64,000 nt of DNA from an uncultured Bacilli bacterium (GTDB lineage: Bacteria > Bacillota_I > Bacilli_A > RF39 > UBA660). Location of the stretch: NCBI GenBank assembly GCA_947626275.1, contig CANQRL010000004.1:10370-74369 (forward strand), written 5' to 3'. The notes below the pieces were generated by a model. The model saw only the letters and a list, made by a program, of their open reading frames with translations. It was not told the origin of the DNA and ran no database searches. Below are positions 1 through 10,111 of this stretch, in pieces. The first letter of the stretch is position 1. Every line of letters starts with the position of its first letter. The position numbers and the translations under genes are program-made.

Positions 1-450
1 GATAATCTGTTCTTGATTTTCATCTCCTCGCATTTCAATTCTTCTTTTTACTTCTTCCATACTAGGTGCCATAATAAAGATTAAAATGGTTTCTGGAAAT
101 TTTTCTTTAATTTGTTTCGCTCCTTGTACATCGATTTCTAAGATGACATCTTTTCCTGTATCTAATTGCTTCATAATCTCCGCTTTTGGTGTTCCATAGT
201 AAGCACCATATTGTACTTTCGCGTATTCCAAAAAATCATCATTGGCAATTTTCTTTTCAAACTCTTCTTCTGTCACAAAATAATAATCAACGCCATCTAC
301 TTCACTTTCCCGTTTTGGACGAGAAGTATAAGAAATGGATAACACAATATCGTTATGACGTTCTAATAATTTTTTAATAACCGTTCCTTTTCCCGCACAA
401 GTTGTACCAGAAATAATAATCAATGATCCTTGTTTTTTAGTTTTAATCAT
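1..450 (-). CDS. gmk: guanylate kinase, partial (C-terminal end lies beyond window start)
   Basis: rc translation from ATG at 448-450: MIKTKKQGSLIIISGTTCAGKGTVIKKLLERHNDIVLSISYTSRPKRESE... P-loop GTTCAGKGT and SYTSRPKR guanylate-kinase motif; not in ORF track because truncated by window edge. Confidence 0.85.
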   Translation of the reverse strand, partial: MIKTKKQGSLIIISGTTCAGKGTVIKKLLERHNDIVLSISYTSRPKRESEVDGVDYYFVTEEEFEKKIANDDFLEYAKVQYGAYYGTPKAEIMKQLDTGKDVILEIDVQGAKQIKEKFPETILIFIMAPSMEEVKRRIEMRGDENQEQII

Positions 451-542
451 GAGAATCCCCTTCCTAGAATTATTATATCATAACATTTGACTTTTAGGGA
501 AAAACTTATTATAATAATCCGCAGTTTTAGGGGGGAAGAAAT

Positions 543-1592
543 GTGGTCAATTTACCAAACATAATGGAAGCTAGACAGGATGCCCTAGAAATGATAAAAG
601 GCGTTCGTGAGGGTTGGAGAAGTGAGTTTGGAAAATACTGTCGATTTTACAATATTGCAACCGAAGATGTGAAGACATATACCCAAAAAATGGATTCTTC
701 CTTCGATACGACGTTTACCGTTGGTGCTTCAGCGGATCAAGGGATTGCCGCTACTCTAAAGGGTGCGAAAGAAGTCTATTTATTCGATATCAATAAAGCT
801 GATCTTTATTTTATCGCTTTAAAAAAAGCAGCAATCTCTACTCTTCGCCGCAAAGATTTCTTAGATTTTATGATTGCAGAAAGTCAAGGAAATATTATGG
901 ATTATCGGCTTTATCAAAAAGTTCAAAAAGCACTTCCTGTCTCTATTCGTCTATTCTGGGATATGCTATATGAATATTTTGGATACAATTCTTATTATTT
1001 ATCAGAGGAACTTTTTCGTTCTCCTCAAAAACACAGAGAACTAGCTCGTGTCGTAAATGAATACTATCTTAATAATCAACTTTATTATGAAACACAAGAA
1101 AAAGTAAAAAAGGCAAGATGGCATTTTATTGAAAGTGATTTTTATGAACTCGATAAAAATCTTCCTGAAGGTATTACCTATGATAGTATGATTCTTTCGA
1201 ATATCTATGAATATTTAAATTTTGGAGAAGAAGTCAGTCAAGAAAATGCCAAGAAATATGTCACTTTTATCAAGCAAGTATTACTTCCTAGACTCAAACA
1301 AAATGGCACGATGATGGGTGCTTATCTATGTAGATATGATGAAGAAGTAGATTCTTTTATTGAAGAAAAGTTAAAAAGTGATCCTAATGGATGGGCTCCT
1401 AGTACGGATTTCTTAAATGGTTTTGACATGTTAGAAAAATATTTTACTGGTTGGACCGGTCAAAATGTTTCCTACCACTATCTATTACAAGAACTAAGAA
1501 AGGAATTTGATATACAAGAAATTCCTACGAATCATTCTGGTTATGGCATGAGTACTGCCAAAAAGGATTTAGCGATTTTAATTAAAAAATAA
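543..1592 (+). CDS. hypothetical protein, DUF3419/BtaA-like (SAM-dependent transferase-like)
   Basis: 349-aa ORF; GGGGGGAAG RBS before GTG at 543; segment TFTVGASADQGIAATLKGAKEVYLFDINKADLYFIALKKAAISTLRRKDFLDF resembles DUF3419 family as I recall it; followed by hairpin terminator. Confidence 0.4.
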   Translation: MVNLPNIMEARQDALEMIKGVREGWRSEFGKYCRFYNIATEDVKTYTQKMDSSFDTTFTVGASADQGIAATLKGAKEVYLFDINKADLYFIALKKAAISTLRRKDFLDFMIAESQGNIMDYRLYQKVQKALPVSIRLFWDMLYEYFGYNSYYLSEELFRSPQKHRELARVVNEYYLNNQLYYETQEKVKKARWHFIESDFYELDKNLPEGITYDSMILSNIYEYLNFGEEVSQENAKKYVTFIKQVLLPRLKQNGTMMGAYLCRYDEEVDSFIEEKLKSDPNGWAPSTDFLNGFDMLEKYFTGWTGQNVSYHYLLQELRKEFDIQEIPTNHSGYGMSTAKKDLAILIKK

Positions 1593-1632
1593 AAAAACAG
1601 GGAATACGGTAACATTCTCTGTTTTTTCGTTT
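1593..1632. terminator. bidirectional rho-independent terminator (convergent genes)
   Basis: acagggaat-acggtaac-attctctgt hairpin flanked by A-run and T-run (ttttttcgtttt). Confidence 0.6.
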
Positions 1633-2441
1633 TAAGAAACTTCTACTTGGACAATTTGTTCATCTAGTAGTTTTTTTAGTTTTTCATTGACTTCACATTT
1701 ACTATCAGTGGAATTGCTTTTTACAAAATAGAATTTAGCGCCCTCAAAAGTATTTTGACTTAAATAAGTAAATCTCTTTAAATAATCTTGAGCTTCACTA
1801 TCAATTCCAAAATAGACATATACAAAATCAGAAGATTCTTTTTCTAACTTGCCATTTTCTTTGGTAAATCTTTTCAAGACAATATTGGTAATAAATGGTT
1901 CTTCTTGATATTCTAGTGGAACAGAATCCCCTTTGATATAAATATCTACTTTGTCTTCTGCTTGAAAATGTTCCTTTGTAAAATCGTTGGCTAAATCATC
2001 CTTTTTTAAATAATAAGGAACGTCTCCTTCTCGCAAAGTTGGAAGCCAATTTTTGGTTTCTGCTAATTTTCGGTCAGCTTCTAATTTGAAAAATAGACAA
2101 GTTCCTACTCCTACCATCATCAAAAGAAGGATAATAGAGACACTAACCAAACTAATTTTCTTTATTTTCTGATCCCGGTTTTTCAAAATTTCAACCGTCA
2201 CTTTATTGACTTCATCTTGATTCGTCTCAGATTTCTTTTCTCCTAAAAGAATTTCATTCACTGTAATCCCAAAAAAGTTACTCAATTCTAACAACATTTC
2301 AGGAGTAGGAATATAATATCCTTTTTCCCATTTCGAAATCGTTGCGCGATCTACATAGAACTGTTGAGCCAGTTCTTCTTGCGTTAATCCTTTTTCCTTT
2401 CTAAGTTCTGCAATAAACAATCCCATTTTTTCTTTATCCAT
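1632..2441 (-). CDS. XRE-family HTH transcriptional regulator, membrane-anchored with extracytoplasmic C-terminal domain
   Basis: start ATG at 2439-2441 with GGAGGG RBS (ORF-track N-terminal extension rejected); MDKEKMGLFIAELRKEKGLTQEELAQQFYVDRATISKWEKG = Cro/C1-type HTH; one TM segment (ISLVSVSIILLLMMVGVGTCLFF). Confidence 0.65.
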   Translation of the reverse strand: MDKEKMGLFIAELRKEKGLTQEELAQQFYVDRATISKWEKGYYIPTPEMLLELSNFFGITVNEILLGEKKSETNQDEVNKVTVEILKNRDQKIKKISLVSVSIILLLMMVGVGTCLFFKLEADRKLAETKNWLPTLREGDVPYYLKKDDLANDFTKEHFQAEDKVDIYIKGDSVPLEYQEEPFITNIVLKRFTKENGKLEKESSDFVYVYFGIDSEAQDYLKRFTYLSQNTFEGAKFYFVKSNSTDSKCEVNEKLKKLLDEQIVQVEVS

Positions 2442-2538
2442 GGTTTTCCCTCCTAAATTCACTATACCATAAAAACTTCTAAAAAGTGCGTGCGGGTTAG
2501 GAACACATGAAAAAAGAAAGCTCAAAAGACTTTCTTTC

Positions 2539-2976
2539 TTACAAATATTTTTTTAATTTTTCTATTTCTTCCTGTTGAAATTTTAAATAGTCAGAAGCCA
2601 GTTTTAAAATCTTTTTATCCGCATCTTTCTCGTAGTTTTTGATTTTACTTTCCATATCGACGACTCCCATGGTAAGTCCTTCGATTAACATGTGCGCAAT
2701 AGAAGCATCACTATTGTCACTTTTCACTTCTTTCGAAATTCCCATTTTCGACATCATTTTGGTCATCATCGAATTTTCTTTCGCTTCGATTTTTTCTTCT
2801 TTTAACAGCTTCTTACTTTTCTTTTGATACTTCTCATAAAAACTTAGTTCATCACTGATAACGGGTTTTAATTTATTCTCTTTTTCGTTTAAATCTTTTA
2901 ATAGATTGGTAAGAGAAACGACACCCATCTCACTTGATTGATAGATATATTCTAATAATTCTTGATTGACATTCAT
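2539..2976 (-). CDS. hypothetical protein (acidic, coiled-coil-like)
   Basis: ORF with AAAGGTGG RBS 6 nt before ATG (MNVNQELLEY...); no recognisable motif. Confidence 0.4.
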   Translation of the reverse strand: MNVNQELLEYIYQSSEMGVVSLTNLLKDLNEKENKLKPVISDELSFYEKYQKKSKKLLKEEKIEAKENSMMTKMMSKMGISKEVKSDNSDASIAHMLIEGLTMGVVDMESKIKNYEKDADKKILKLASDYLKFQQEEIEKLKKYL

Positions 2977-3023
2977 AATAGCCACCTTTCTTTATTAGAA
3001 TATCCCAAGAAAGAGGAATTATA

Positions 3024-6000
3024 CTAAGAAATCGGTTCTATCCTTCCATCTAAAATAGAATATAAGTAGAGGAAAACTTTTTTTTCGGTTATTCTTTCTA
3101 AATACTTCTTATAACCATTTAACTGTTCTTGATAAGCTTCCTCTTCTACCCTTTTTAACTTGTAATCGATTAAATCGATATGATCTTCATACTCTAACAT
3201 ACAGTCGATGATACCATGATACTGGGTATTTTCTTCTTCATAGAAAAATTCGTGTTCTTTGTAAATGGTTGCTTTTGTTTTTTCTTTTAACAGAGGATGA
3301 TTTAAAAAGTCTTCTAATTTTCGACGAATAAACGGATTGGAAACTTCTTCGAATTGAGGGTTTTTAAAATCTAAATATTCTAAATACTCATGAATCTCTG
3401 TTCCCAAACGCATATTTTCTTTTTCCTTCTCGGTTGGAAAATGAGTTGAAGTTTTCGAGAAATGTTTGGTTTCTACTTCTTTTTTTACTAGTTCTAACTC
3501 TTCTACTTCTAGTTCAAGAGAAGAAGAAAAATCTTTTTTTACAATTTCTTTTGGATAGAGATAAGCTTTCGTAAAATCATGACTATCTAATGTTAAAAGT
3601 TGAAATTGTTTTTGAATATCTCCTCCTAAAGCATTTAAGAAATCAGAAAATCTTCTAAATTTTTTTCTTTGAAAAGAAGGAATCAATCTCTCTTTTGTAC
3701 TTTCTAATTCTTCATAAGGCATCAAGAAAATCATCTTTTCTCTCGCTCTTGTTAAAGCGACGTAGAAAAGTCTTATCTTTTCTGATACTTCCTCACTTAA
3801 ATAGGACTCCTTTACCAATTCTTTGACAAAGGTTTCAGCAATTCCTTCTTCAAAATAAGGAAGAACAAAACCATAATTTTCTTGATAGAGAAATCTGTCT
3901 TTTATCTCTTGAATATTAAAGGAATTCGTAAGTCCAGTGAAATAACAAACTGGATATTCTAATCCTTTAGAGATATGAATCGTCATAATTTTTACGCGAT
4001 CGCCCGTATCAGTATTCAGTTTATAACGAATGGAATATCCTTCTTCTAATAGGGTCTCTAAGTAATCTTTAAATTGATAGATAGAGTAACCACTTTCCTC
4101 TAAGCTATGAGCAAGCTCTAATGTTTTAGACATTCTGACTTCCCGTTTTTCAATATTCGAAGAGGTAAGTGATTTCTCATAAAATTGGGTTACTTCTAAG
4201 ATTTTTAAAAGAAAGTGATAGATATCCGTTTCATCAAGGATATCCGCTAATGGTTTTAGTTTTTGATAAATCTCTGTTTCTCGATAAGATTGATTCTCTT
4301 TTATCTTTAAAATTTCTGCATCTTCCCAAGCATAGAGAAAACTTCTTGCGATACTGACAAAATCATATTCAAAAGAGATATCTTCCTCCCCTTTATGAAT
4401 ATGAATAATAAAATCGATGATATTTTTGAAAAGTGATAGATCCTCTCCTTGTTCTAATCGCTCATCCTTGTAAATGGTAAGAGGCACATTTAAATATTCA
4501 AATATCTTGCGGTAAAGCTCAAATTGGGTAGAACGATCCATTAGGATAACGAAATCTCCATAAGTAGCTTCCCGTAATTTTTTCTCCTCTTTATCGTAGA
4601 TAAGATAGTGATTTTTTACTTTTTTCTCAATATCTCTTGCGACAAGGAAAGCCTCTACTTCTTCTTTTTTAAAACCTTCTTGATCTAAAGGAGTGTATTG
4701 CCATACTTCACTTTGATAAGACGTTTTTGGATCCCTTTTCTCTTCGTAATCGGTCAGACCAAAAATCATCTGATGAGTAGCCTGATAATCTGCTCCCCCT
4801 ACTTCATCATCCATCATCTGACGGAAAATCTTATTGATGTCCTCCAATACCTCTTTCCGAGAACGGAAATTATTGAGTAAATCAATCTTAGATCCTCCAA
4901 TATGTTCTTGATAAGCATTATATTTTTTTCGGAAAATATGAGGGTTCGCATTTCGAAAACGATAGATAGATTGTTTAATATCCCCTACCATGTAGACATT
5001 GTGATTTGCAATATAAGAAATAAACGTCTCCTGGATATCATTCGTATCTTGATATTCATCCACAAGAATTTCGTGGAAAGAATTTTTTAATTCTTCCCGA
5101 ATCGCTTCTTGTTCTTTTAAGATATCCATCGCCATAAAAGCAATATCACTAAATTCATAGAAAGAATTTTCTCTTTTATATGCCTGTATGTTAGCAAAAT
5201 AACGCTTCAAAATTTCGAGTACGGTAGCGGCAGTTTCTTTTGTCTTCATGAAGCTTTCACGCATCTCTTCTTGGCCACCATAAGAAAGAAAGTCTTCTAA
5301 TTTACCTAAAGAAGAAACTAAAGCTTCTTTCATGTGCTTTACCTCTTCTTCACTATTTCGAGGAAGAATCGGAAAGCGAAGAGAAAGATGAGCCTTGATT
5401 AGGTCATAGTCTTCTTCCGTTAAAATAGGCAGTAAGTAATCTTCTAGTTTTTCAACATAAGAAGGTGGCGTTAATTCCTCTAACTGCTCTTTTAAATCGC
5501 TTATTTCTTCTTTTTGAAATTGTACTTTTTCTTCATATTCTTGAAGATATTTCTCTATATTCTTAGGTTGATAAAACGTTTCTAAATAAGAATCTAAATA
5601 CTCTTCTCGATCATAACGAAGCTCTAATTTATGAATCATAGCAAGAAGAGAGGTTTTGATACTTTCATCATCTTTGGTAGTAAAAGAAGAAATCATTTTG
5701 GTAAATCCTGGATGTTCTTCCTCGTAGAGTTCTTCAAATACGTTATCTAAGATTTCTCTTTTTTTCATTTCGATGACGGAACTTTCAGTAACGCCAATTT
5801 CTTTATCTAGTCCTAAAATATAGTGATACTTCCTTAAAATAGAAAGCGCAAAACTATCAAATGTCGTAATATAGGCACTATCAATATACTTTAACTCTTC
5901 CTGCAAAGTAGGGTCTTTTTCAATGGCTTGTCGAATTCTATCTTTCATCTCGGCTGCAGCCGCTTTTGTAAAAGTTAAAATCAACAATTCATGAATATGG

Positions 6001-6134
6001 ACTCCCACTTTTAGTTTTTCAATCACACGGGCAGTTAAGACAGCTGTTTTACCACTTCCTGCTCCCGCACTAACAATGATATTTTCACCGGTTCGATGAA
6101 TAGCTTCTTCTTGTTCTTTGGTCCACTTAGGCAT
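3024..6134 (-). CDS. addA: ATP-dependent helicase/nuclease subunit A (AddA/RexA)
   Basis: MPKWTKEQEEAIHRTGENIIVSAGAGSGKTAVLTARV UvrD-type Walker A; C-terminal RecB-like nuclease (HGIIDCMLEYEDHIDLIDYKLKR); AGGTGGTGA RBS; 8-nt overlap with addB stop. Confidence 0.85.
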   Translation of the reverse strand: MPKWTKEQEEAIHRTGENIIVSAGAGSGKTAVLTARVIEKLKVGVHIHELLILTFTKAAAAEMKDRIRQAIEKDPTLQEELKYIDSAYITTFDSFALSILRKYHYILGLDKEIGVTESSVIEMKKREILDNVFEELYEEEHPGFTKMISSFTTKDDESIKTSLLAMIHKLELRYDREEYLDSYLETFYQPKNIEKYLQEYEEKVQFQKEEISDLKEQLEELTPPSYVEKLEDYLLPILTEEDYDLIKAHLSLRFPILPRNSEEEVKHMKEALVSSLGKLEDFLSYGGQEEMRESFMKTKETAATVLEILKRYFANIQAYKRENSFYEFSDIAFMAMDILKEQEAIREELKNSFHEILVDEYQDTNDIQETFISYIANHNVYMVGDIKQSIYRFRNANPHIFRKKYNAYQEHIGGSKIDLLNNFRSRKEVLEDINKIFRQMMDDEVGGADYQATHQMIFGLTDYEEKRDPKTSYQSEVWQYTPLDQEGFKKEEVEAFLVARDIEKKVKNHYLIYDKEEKKLREATYGDFVILMDRSTQFELYRKIFEYLNVPLTIYKDERLEQGEDLSLFKNIIDFIIHIHKGEEDISFEYDFVSIARSFLYAWEDAEILKIKENQSYRETEIYQKLKPLADILDETDIYHFLLKILEVTQFYEKSLTSSNIEKREVRMSKTLELAHSLEESGYSIYQFKDYLETLLEEGYSIRYKLNTDTGDRVKIMTIHISKGLEYPVCYFTGLTNSFNIQEIKDRFLYQENYGFVLPYFEEGIAETFVKELVKESYLSEEVSEKIRLFYVALTRAREKMIFLMPYEELESTKERLIPSFQRKKFRRFSDFLNALGGDIQKQFQLLTLDSHDFTKAYLYPKEIVKKDFSSSLELEVEELELVKKEVETKHFSKTSTHFPTEKEKENMRLGTEIHEYLEYLDFKNPQFEEVSNPFIRRKLEDFLNHPLLKEKTKATIYKEHEFFYEEENTQYHGIIDCMLEYEDHIDLIDYKLKRVEEEAYQEQLNGYKKYLERITEKKVFLYLYSILDGRIEPIS

Positions 6135-8439
6135 CTGTATCACCACCTAAAAAATCTAAATTCTCGTTTTTCTTTAAATTGACAATATCCTTCTCCTCAT
6201 GATAACAAAGGTCGTGATAAGGACAAAATTCACATCCTAAATTGTCAAAACCAATTCGTTTTGGGTTAATAGTAAAGTTTCCTTTTAAGATTTCGGCAAT
6301 CGCCATCTTCATCTTCTCTTCCACTAACGCTAACATCTTCTCCATCTCTTTTGGAGATAATACCTTGCTATAGTGACTAAATCCCTTAGAGGTCATTTTT
6401 AGTCCTTTTATCATCCTACTATCTTGATACGTCGTATCCAATTCTTCTAAGGTAGAAATGTCACTTGTACTATATCCCTGTAAGCGAAGATTTTCCCGTT
6501 TTCCCTCTTCATAGGATTTGTTTGGATCTCTAACTAATTCATTGTGAAGAATTTTTTGTAAGTAAAATCCGGCAATTCTAGGATGCTCTATTTTGGAAAA
6601 ATGGTTGACTAAATATAAATAAATCGGTAGCTGCATCTCTAGTCCATAAGGAACATTGCGAAGTTCTAAATTAGGATTTCCTGTCTTATAGTCAATGACC
6701 GCAACGACATTCGAATCCTTATCATAGAGAAGTTTATCGATAATTCCCATGAATGTAACATTTTCTTCGCCCGTTGGATGGGTGTAGATTTTCTCCTCAT
6801 AAAAGGCATCTTTCAAATGCATAAACTGATATTGTCTTTTCATTTCATCAATAATAAATTTTAATTCTTCTTTTAACTTCCGTAGAAAGAATGCTTCTTT
6901 TTTCGTCTTCCCCATATGATTTTCTGCTAGGGAAGTATTCCACTCTTTTTCAAAGTCAAAGCCATCTTCAAAGGCCTTTGATAAAACATAGTGATAAAGC
7001 GTTCCTAAGTTTTGTAAAAAGGTATCCTCCCATTTATTTAACTTTAAAACTTTTTCCACATAGTACCGGAAACTACAACGATAATACGTATCTAAACTAG
7101 AATACGATAGTAAAAGTTTATTTTGTAACGCTTCTTTTACTTGTGAAGGATCAATCGGTTTATATTGATGATCATATTCACCATAAGGAATATCGGAATA
7201 TTTCGCATAAAGGGGATCTAGTTGATCAGAATGAATATTGTATTGATAATAAGAATCTAATAATTTTCCTAAGAGGAAGCGATTGGCAAAATGACTATCC
7301 TGATAAGTTCTTGTAATTGGTCTTTCTTCTACTTTGATTTCTTCAAGGTAAGAAGAAGGATAAAAAGTATCCGTTGTCGTTTTCTTTTTATAACTCAAAA
7401 TCACGTTTTGATGGTGGTTTAAAAAATAGGTAAGTTTTTCCTTTTCCTCCTGATTCTTTAAAACGGAAGTAGTAAGTCCTAATGCTTCTTTCGTAGCGTC
7501 CTTAAAATAATCTTCTTCCTTATGAATGATAGGAAGACTTCCTTGATTAAAACCAACTACCAATAAAATCGTATCTTGAGGATAAAGCGTATCAATATCT
7601 CCTTCTTCTACCCCTTCCTCCTTAGAAGGGAGAAACGTTTTCTTTAGCTCTTCTCTTATCATCGATAAAGTAATATCGTCTTTTGGTAAAGAAAGATAGT
7701 TGCTCAAGACACTTTTTACTTTTTCTTTTAAATCCGTCTCGGCAAGAGAATCTAAATAGCTTTCCATTTCTTCTAGTGGGATTTGTAACAACTCTTGTAC
7801 CATTTTGGTTCCATAGATACTTCTTTTGATGCCAATATTCGTAGGAATGTGGTACCAAGAAAAAATCTTTTCCATCGCCATTCGGTATTCATCATTGAGA
7901 TTGATTAATTTGATCTTGGAAGGAGAAACTCCTTCTTTTAGATAACGAACAATCTCTTGTGCGACAAAGTAAACCTCTTCTTCTAATGTTTCTGCAATAT
8001 AAAGAGGTTTTGGATCTAGATAACTAGGGGATTCCAAAAATTCATAGTTCAATCCTTCTAATAGCGAACTCTCTTCCTTGGATAAGGATTCTTTTCCATA
8101 AATCATGATTTTTTGGCGTTTTAAAAAAGAGGAAAATAAAGGGCTTTTTAGAAGAAGTCCTTTTTCATCTAGATTTCTTTCTAAACGATGAAGATATTGC
8201 ACTTTTTCTTCTGGAATATCGCGTAAACCAACCATATTTTGAAGATAAAGTTTAGCGATAGAATAAGAGATACCTTCCTCTTTCATCAAGGTATAAATAG
8301 CTCTTTCATCCGTATCATAGTACTTCTTTTTCTTTACTTCTAAAAAAGTCATCACTTTTCTAGGATGTAATTCAAAGCTATGTTCTTCTAAATATCTTTT
8401 CTTATTCCCACTACTTGTTAGTACGAGTACTTCTTCCAT
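6127..8439 (-). CDS. addB: ATP-dependent helicase/nuclease subunit B (AddB/RexB), compact 770-aa form
   Basis: Immediately upstream of addA in the canonical addB-addA order; C-terminal nuclease/Fe-S motif GCEFCPYHDLC; YKTGN motif; GGTGA RBS. Confidence 0.7.
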   Translation of the reverse strand: MEEVLVLTSSGNKKRYLEEHSFELHPRKVMTFLEVKKKKYYDTDERAIYTLMKEEGISYSIAKLYLQNMVGLRDIPEEKVQYLHRLERNLDEKGLLLKSPLFSSFLKRQKIMIYGKESLSKEESSLLEGLNYEFLESPSYLDPKPLYIAETLEEEVYFVAQEIVRYLKEGVSPSKIKLINLNDEYRMAMEKIFSWYHIPTNIGIKRSIYGTKMVQELLQIPLEEMESYLDSLAETDLKEKVKSVLSNYLSLPKDDITLSMIREELKKTFLPSKEEGVEEGDIDTLYPQDTILLVVGFNQGSLPIIHKEEDYFKDATKEALGLTTSVLKNQEEKEKLTYFLNHHQNVILSYKKKTTTDTFYPSSYLEEIKVEERPITRTYQDSHFANRFLLGKLLDSYYQYNIHSDQLDPLYAKYSDIPYGEYDHQYKPIDPSQVKEALQNKLLLSYSSLDTYYRCSFRYYVEKVLKLNKWEDTFLQNLGTLYHYVLSKAFEDGFDFEKEWNTSLAENHMGKTKKEAFFLRKLKEELKFIIDEMKRQYQFMHLKDAFYEEKIYTHPTGEENVTFMGIIDKLLYDKDSNVVAVIDYKTGNPNLELRNVPYGLEMQLPIYLYLVNHFSKIEHPRIAGFYLQKILHNELVRDPNKSYEEGKRENLRLQGYSTSDISTLEELDTTYQDSRMIKGLKMTSKGFSHYSKVLSPKEMEKMLALVEEKMKMAIAEILKGNFTINPKRIGFDNLGCEFCPYHDLCYHEEKDIVNLKKNENLDFLGGDTDA

Positions 8440-8491
8440 ACTATCACCAATTCCATTATACCATATTCTCTTTTAGAGAAAAGAAAAAGAG

Positions 8492-8776
8492 TTAACTTTC
8501 GTTAACTCTAACACTTCCTAAATCATAGAGATTCGTATACCCCATACTGAGTAGAAGTTGGCAAGCAAGCTTACTTCTACGTCCCGTTGAACAATAAAGA
8601 ATCATCTTTGTATTTTTAGGAAGGTTCTTCGTCTTTTCCAAGATGCTTTGATAAGGAATATTAATGGCCTCTTTTAAATGTCCCATTTGATATTCTAAAG
8701 AATCTCTTACATCAATTAGAATCGCACCTGGTGTTAGATGCTCATTCAATATTCCCATCGTTATTTGATGAATCAT
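8492..8776 (-). CDS. rhodanese-domain sulfurtransferase (single domain)
   Basis: 94 aa; active-site loop YCSTGRRS (Cys-X4-Arg rhodanese signature); AGGAG RBS. Confidence 0.75.
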   Translation of the reverse strand: MIHQITMGILNEHLTPGAILIDVRDSLEYQMGHLKEAINIPYQSILEKTKNLPKNTKMILYCSTGRRSKLACQLLLSMGYTNLYDLGSVRVNES

Positions 8777-8782
8777 AATCTC

Positions 8783-10111
8783 CTATCTAATGGAATTGTT
8801 TTTTAAGGCATTCGCCATCTTTTTCCATAATCCGCTAGAAGAGTAGTTCAAAATACCCACTTTATAAACTCTAAGTCCATACTTGATGAGTAAAAAATCC
8901 GTAATGATCATAATGATAATCGCTATGACTAATTCGAAAATACCGATTTGTCCTAATACCAACAAAGAAGGCGCTAAAATAGCGGAAATGAATGGTATAA
9001 AGGAGAAGGCTTTAATGACTAGGGAACCCTTAAACATTCCTGCCATAATTCCCAAATAGTAACCAAGTAAGGAAATGATAATAATTGGGACTTGAACTTG
9101 TTGATAATCTTCTGTTGTTGTCGTCATAGATGCCAACACTCCTGCTAATAAAGCATATGCGACAAACGTAAGAAGGATAAGGACAATTGCTAGAGGAAGA
9201 ATGATGACTAATTTATCCCCTACTGAACTTTCTAGGAAAGAAGAAACCATTGGTCCAATTTCATCGAAAAAGGCCGCTCCAGCTCCCCCACCTTTGCTAG
9301 CAAGATTGCGAATGAAAATAGCGAGTCCTCCGTACCCACAGGCAAGAACGGCTTGACCAATCACAAATAGATTTCCAGCAATGACTTTCGCAAAGAAATG
9401 AGTTTTGGGAGAAACGTTGGAAATGATAATCTCCATCGCTTTGGTTGTCTTTTCGTCATTGACTTCTGCCCCTATCATTTGGACTAAAAATAAAGAGAGA
9501 ATAAAGATTGGTAAAATGAAGATAGGGAAAACGGTTGTCATAATCATTTCCGTACCTTCCGCCTCCGTTTTATTATTTTCATCCACTAAAGAAGTCGTAA
9601 TGACAACATCAGACATAATCTTACTATAATCTTCAGCAGTAAGACCTAAATCATCCATTACCAACACTACTTTTACACTATTTAAGGCACTGCTGATTAA
9701 CGAATAATCATATGTATCAACCGTTTCTTGTGAAATGAGTTCAACCTCTATCGCATTTTCTAAAGATTCTTGAATATGGACGATAATGCCGCCCTCTTCA
9801 CCAACTAATTCCTTTTTATCTTCTACTTTCGCAATCGGCTCTATCTCATAGAGATGGGAATCTTCCCCATAGAGATTTTTCTCATTCAAGAGAAGAGCTT
9901 CTTTAAAAACATCGTAAGAGACATTCGTATCATCAACAACATAGATATTGACGGCCTCGTCAAAATCACCACCAAAAGATTTAATAATGATATCTAAGTT
10001 AAAAATTCCAACAATTAAAAGGCAGAGAATAATTTGCGCAGCCACAAACCATTTGGTCTTTACTTTTCTTGCTAAACTAACGCCTATTAAAAAATTTAAC
10101 TTACTTCTCAT
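8783..10111 (-). CDS. ABC-2 family transporter permease (NatB/YhaP-like)
   Basis: start moved to ATG at 10109-10111 (AGGTGA RBS); 6 predicted TM helices with large extracytoplasmic loop after TM1; overlaps upstream ATPase gene by 11 nt. Confidence 0.6.
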   Translation of the reverse strand: MRSKLNFLIGVSLARKVKTKWFVAAQIILCLLIVGIFNLDIIIKSFGGDFDEAVNIYVVDDTNVSYDVFKEALLLNEKNLYGEDSHLYEIEPIAKVEDKKELVGEEGGIIVHIQESLENAIEVELISQETVDTYDYSLISSALNSVKVVLVMDDLGLTAEDYSKIMSDVVITTSLVDENNKTEAEGTEMIMTTVFPIFILPIFILSLFLVQMIGAEVNDEKTTKAMEIIISNVSPKTHFFAKVIAGNLFVIGQAVLACGYGGLAIFIRNLASKGGGAGAAFFDEIGPMVSSFLESSVGDKLVIILPLAIVLILLTFVAYALLAGVLASMTTTTEDYQQVQVPIIIISLLGYYLGIMAGMFKGSLVIKAFSFIPFISAILAPSLLVLGQIGIFELVIAIIIMIITDFLLIKYGLRVYKVGILNYSSSGLWKKMANALKNNSIR

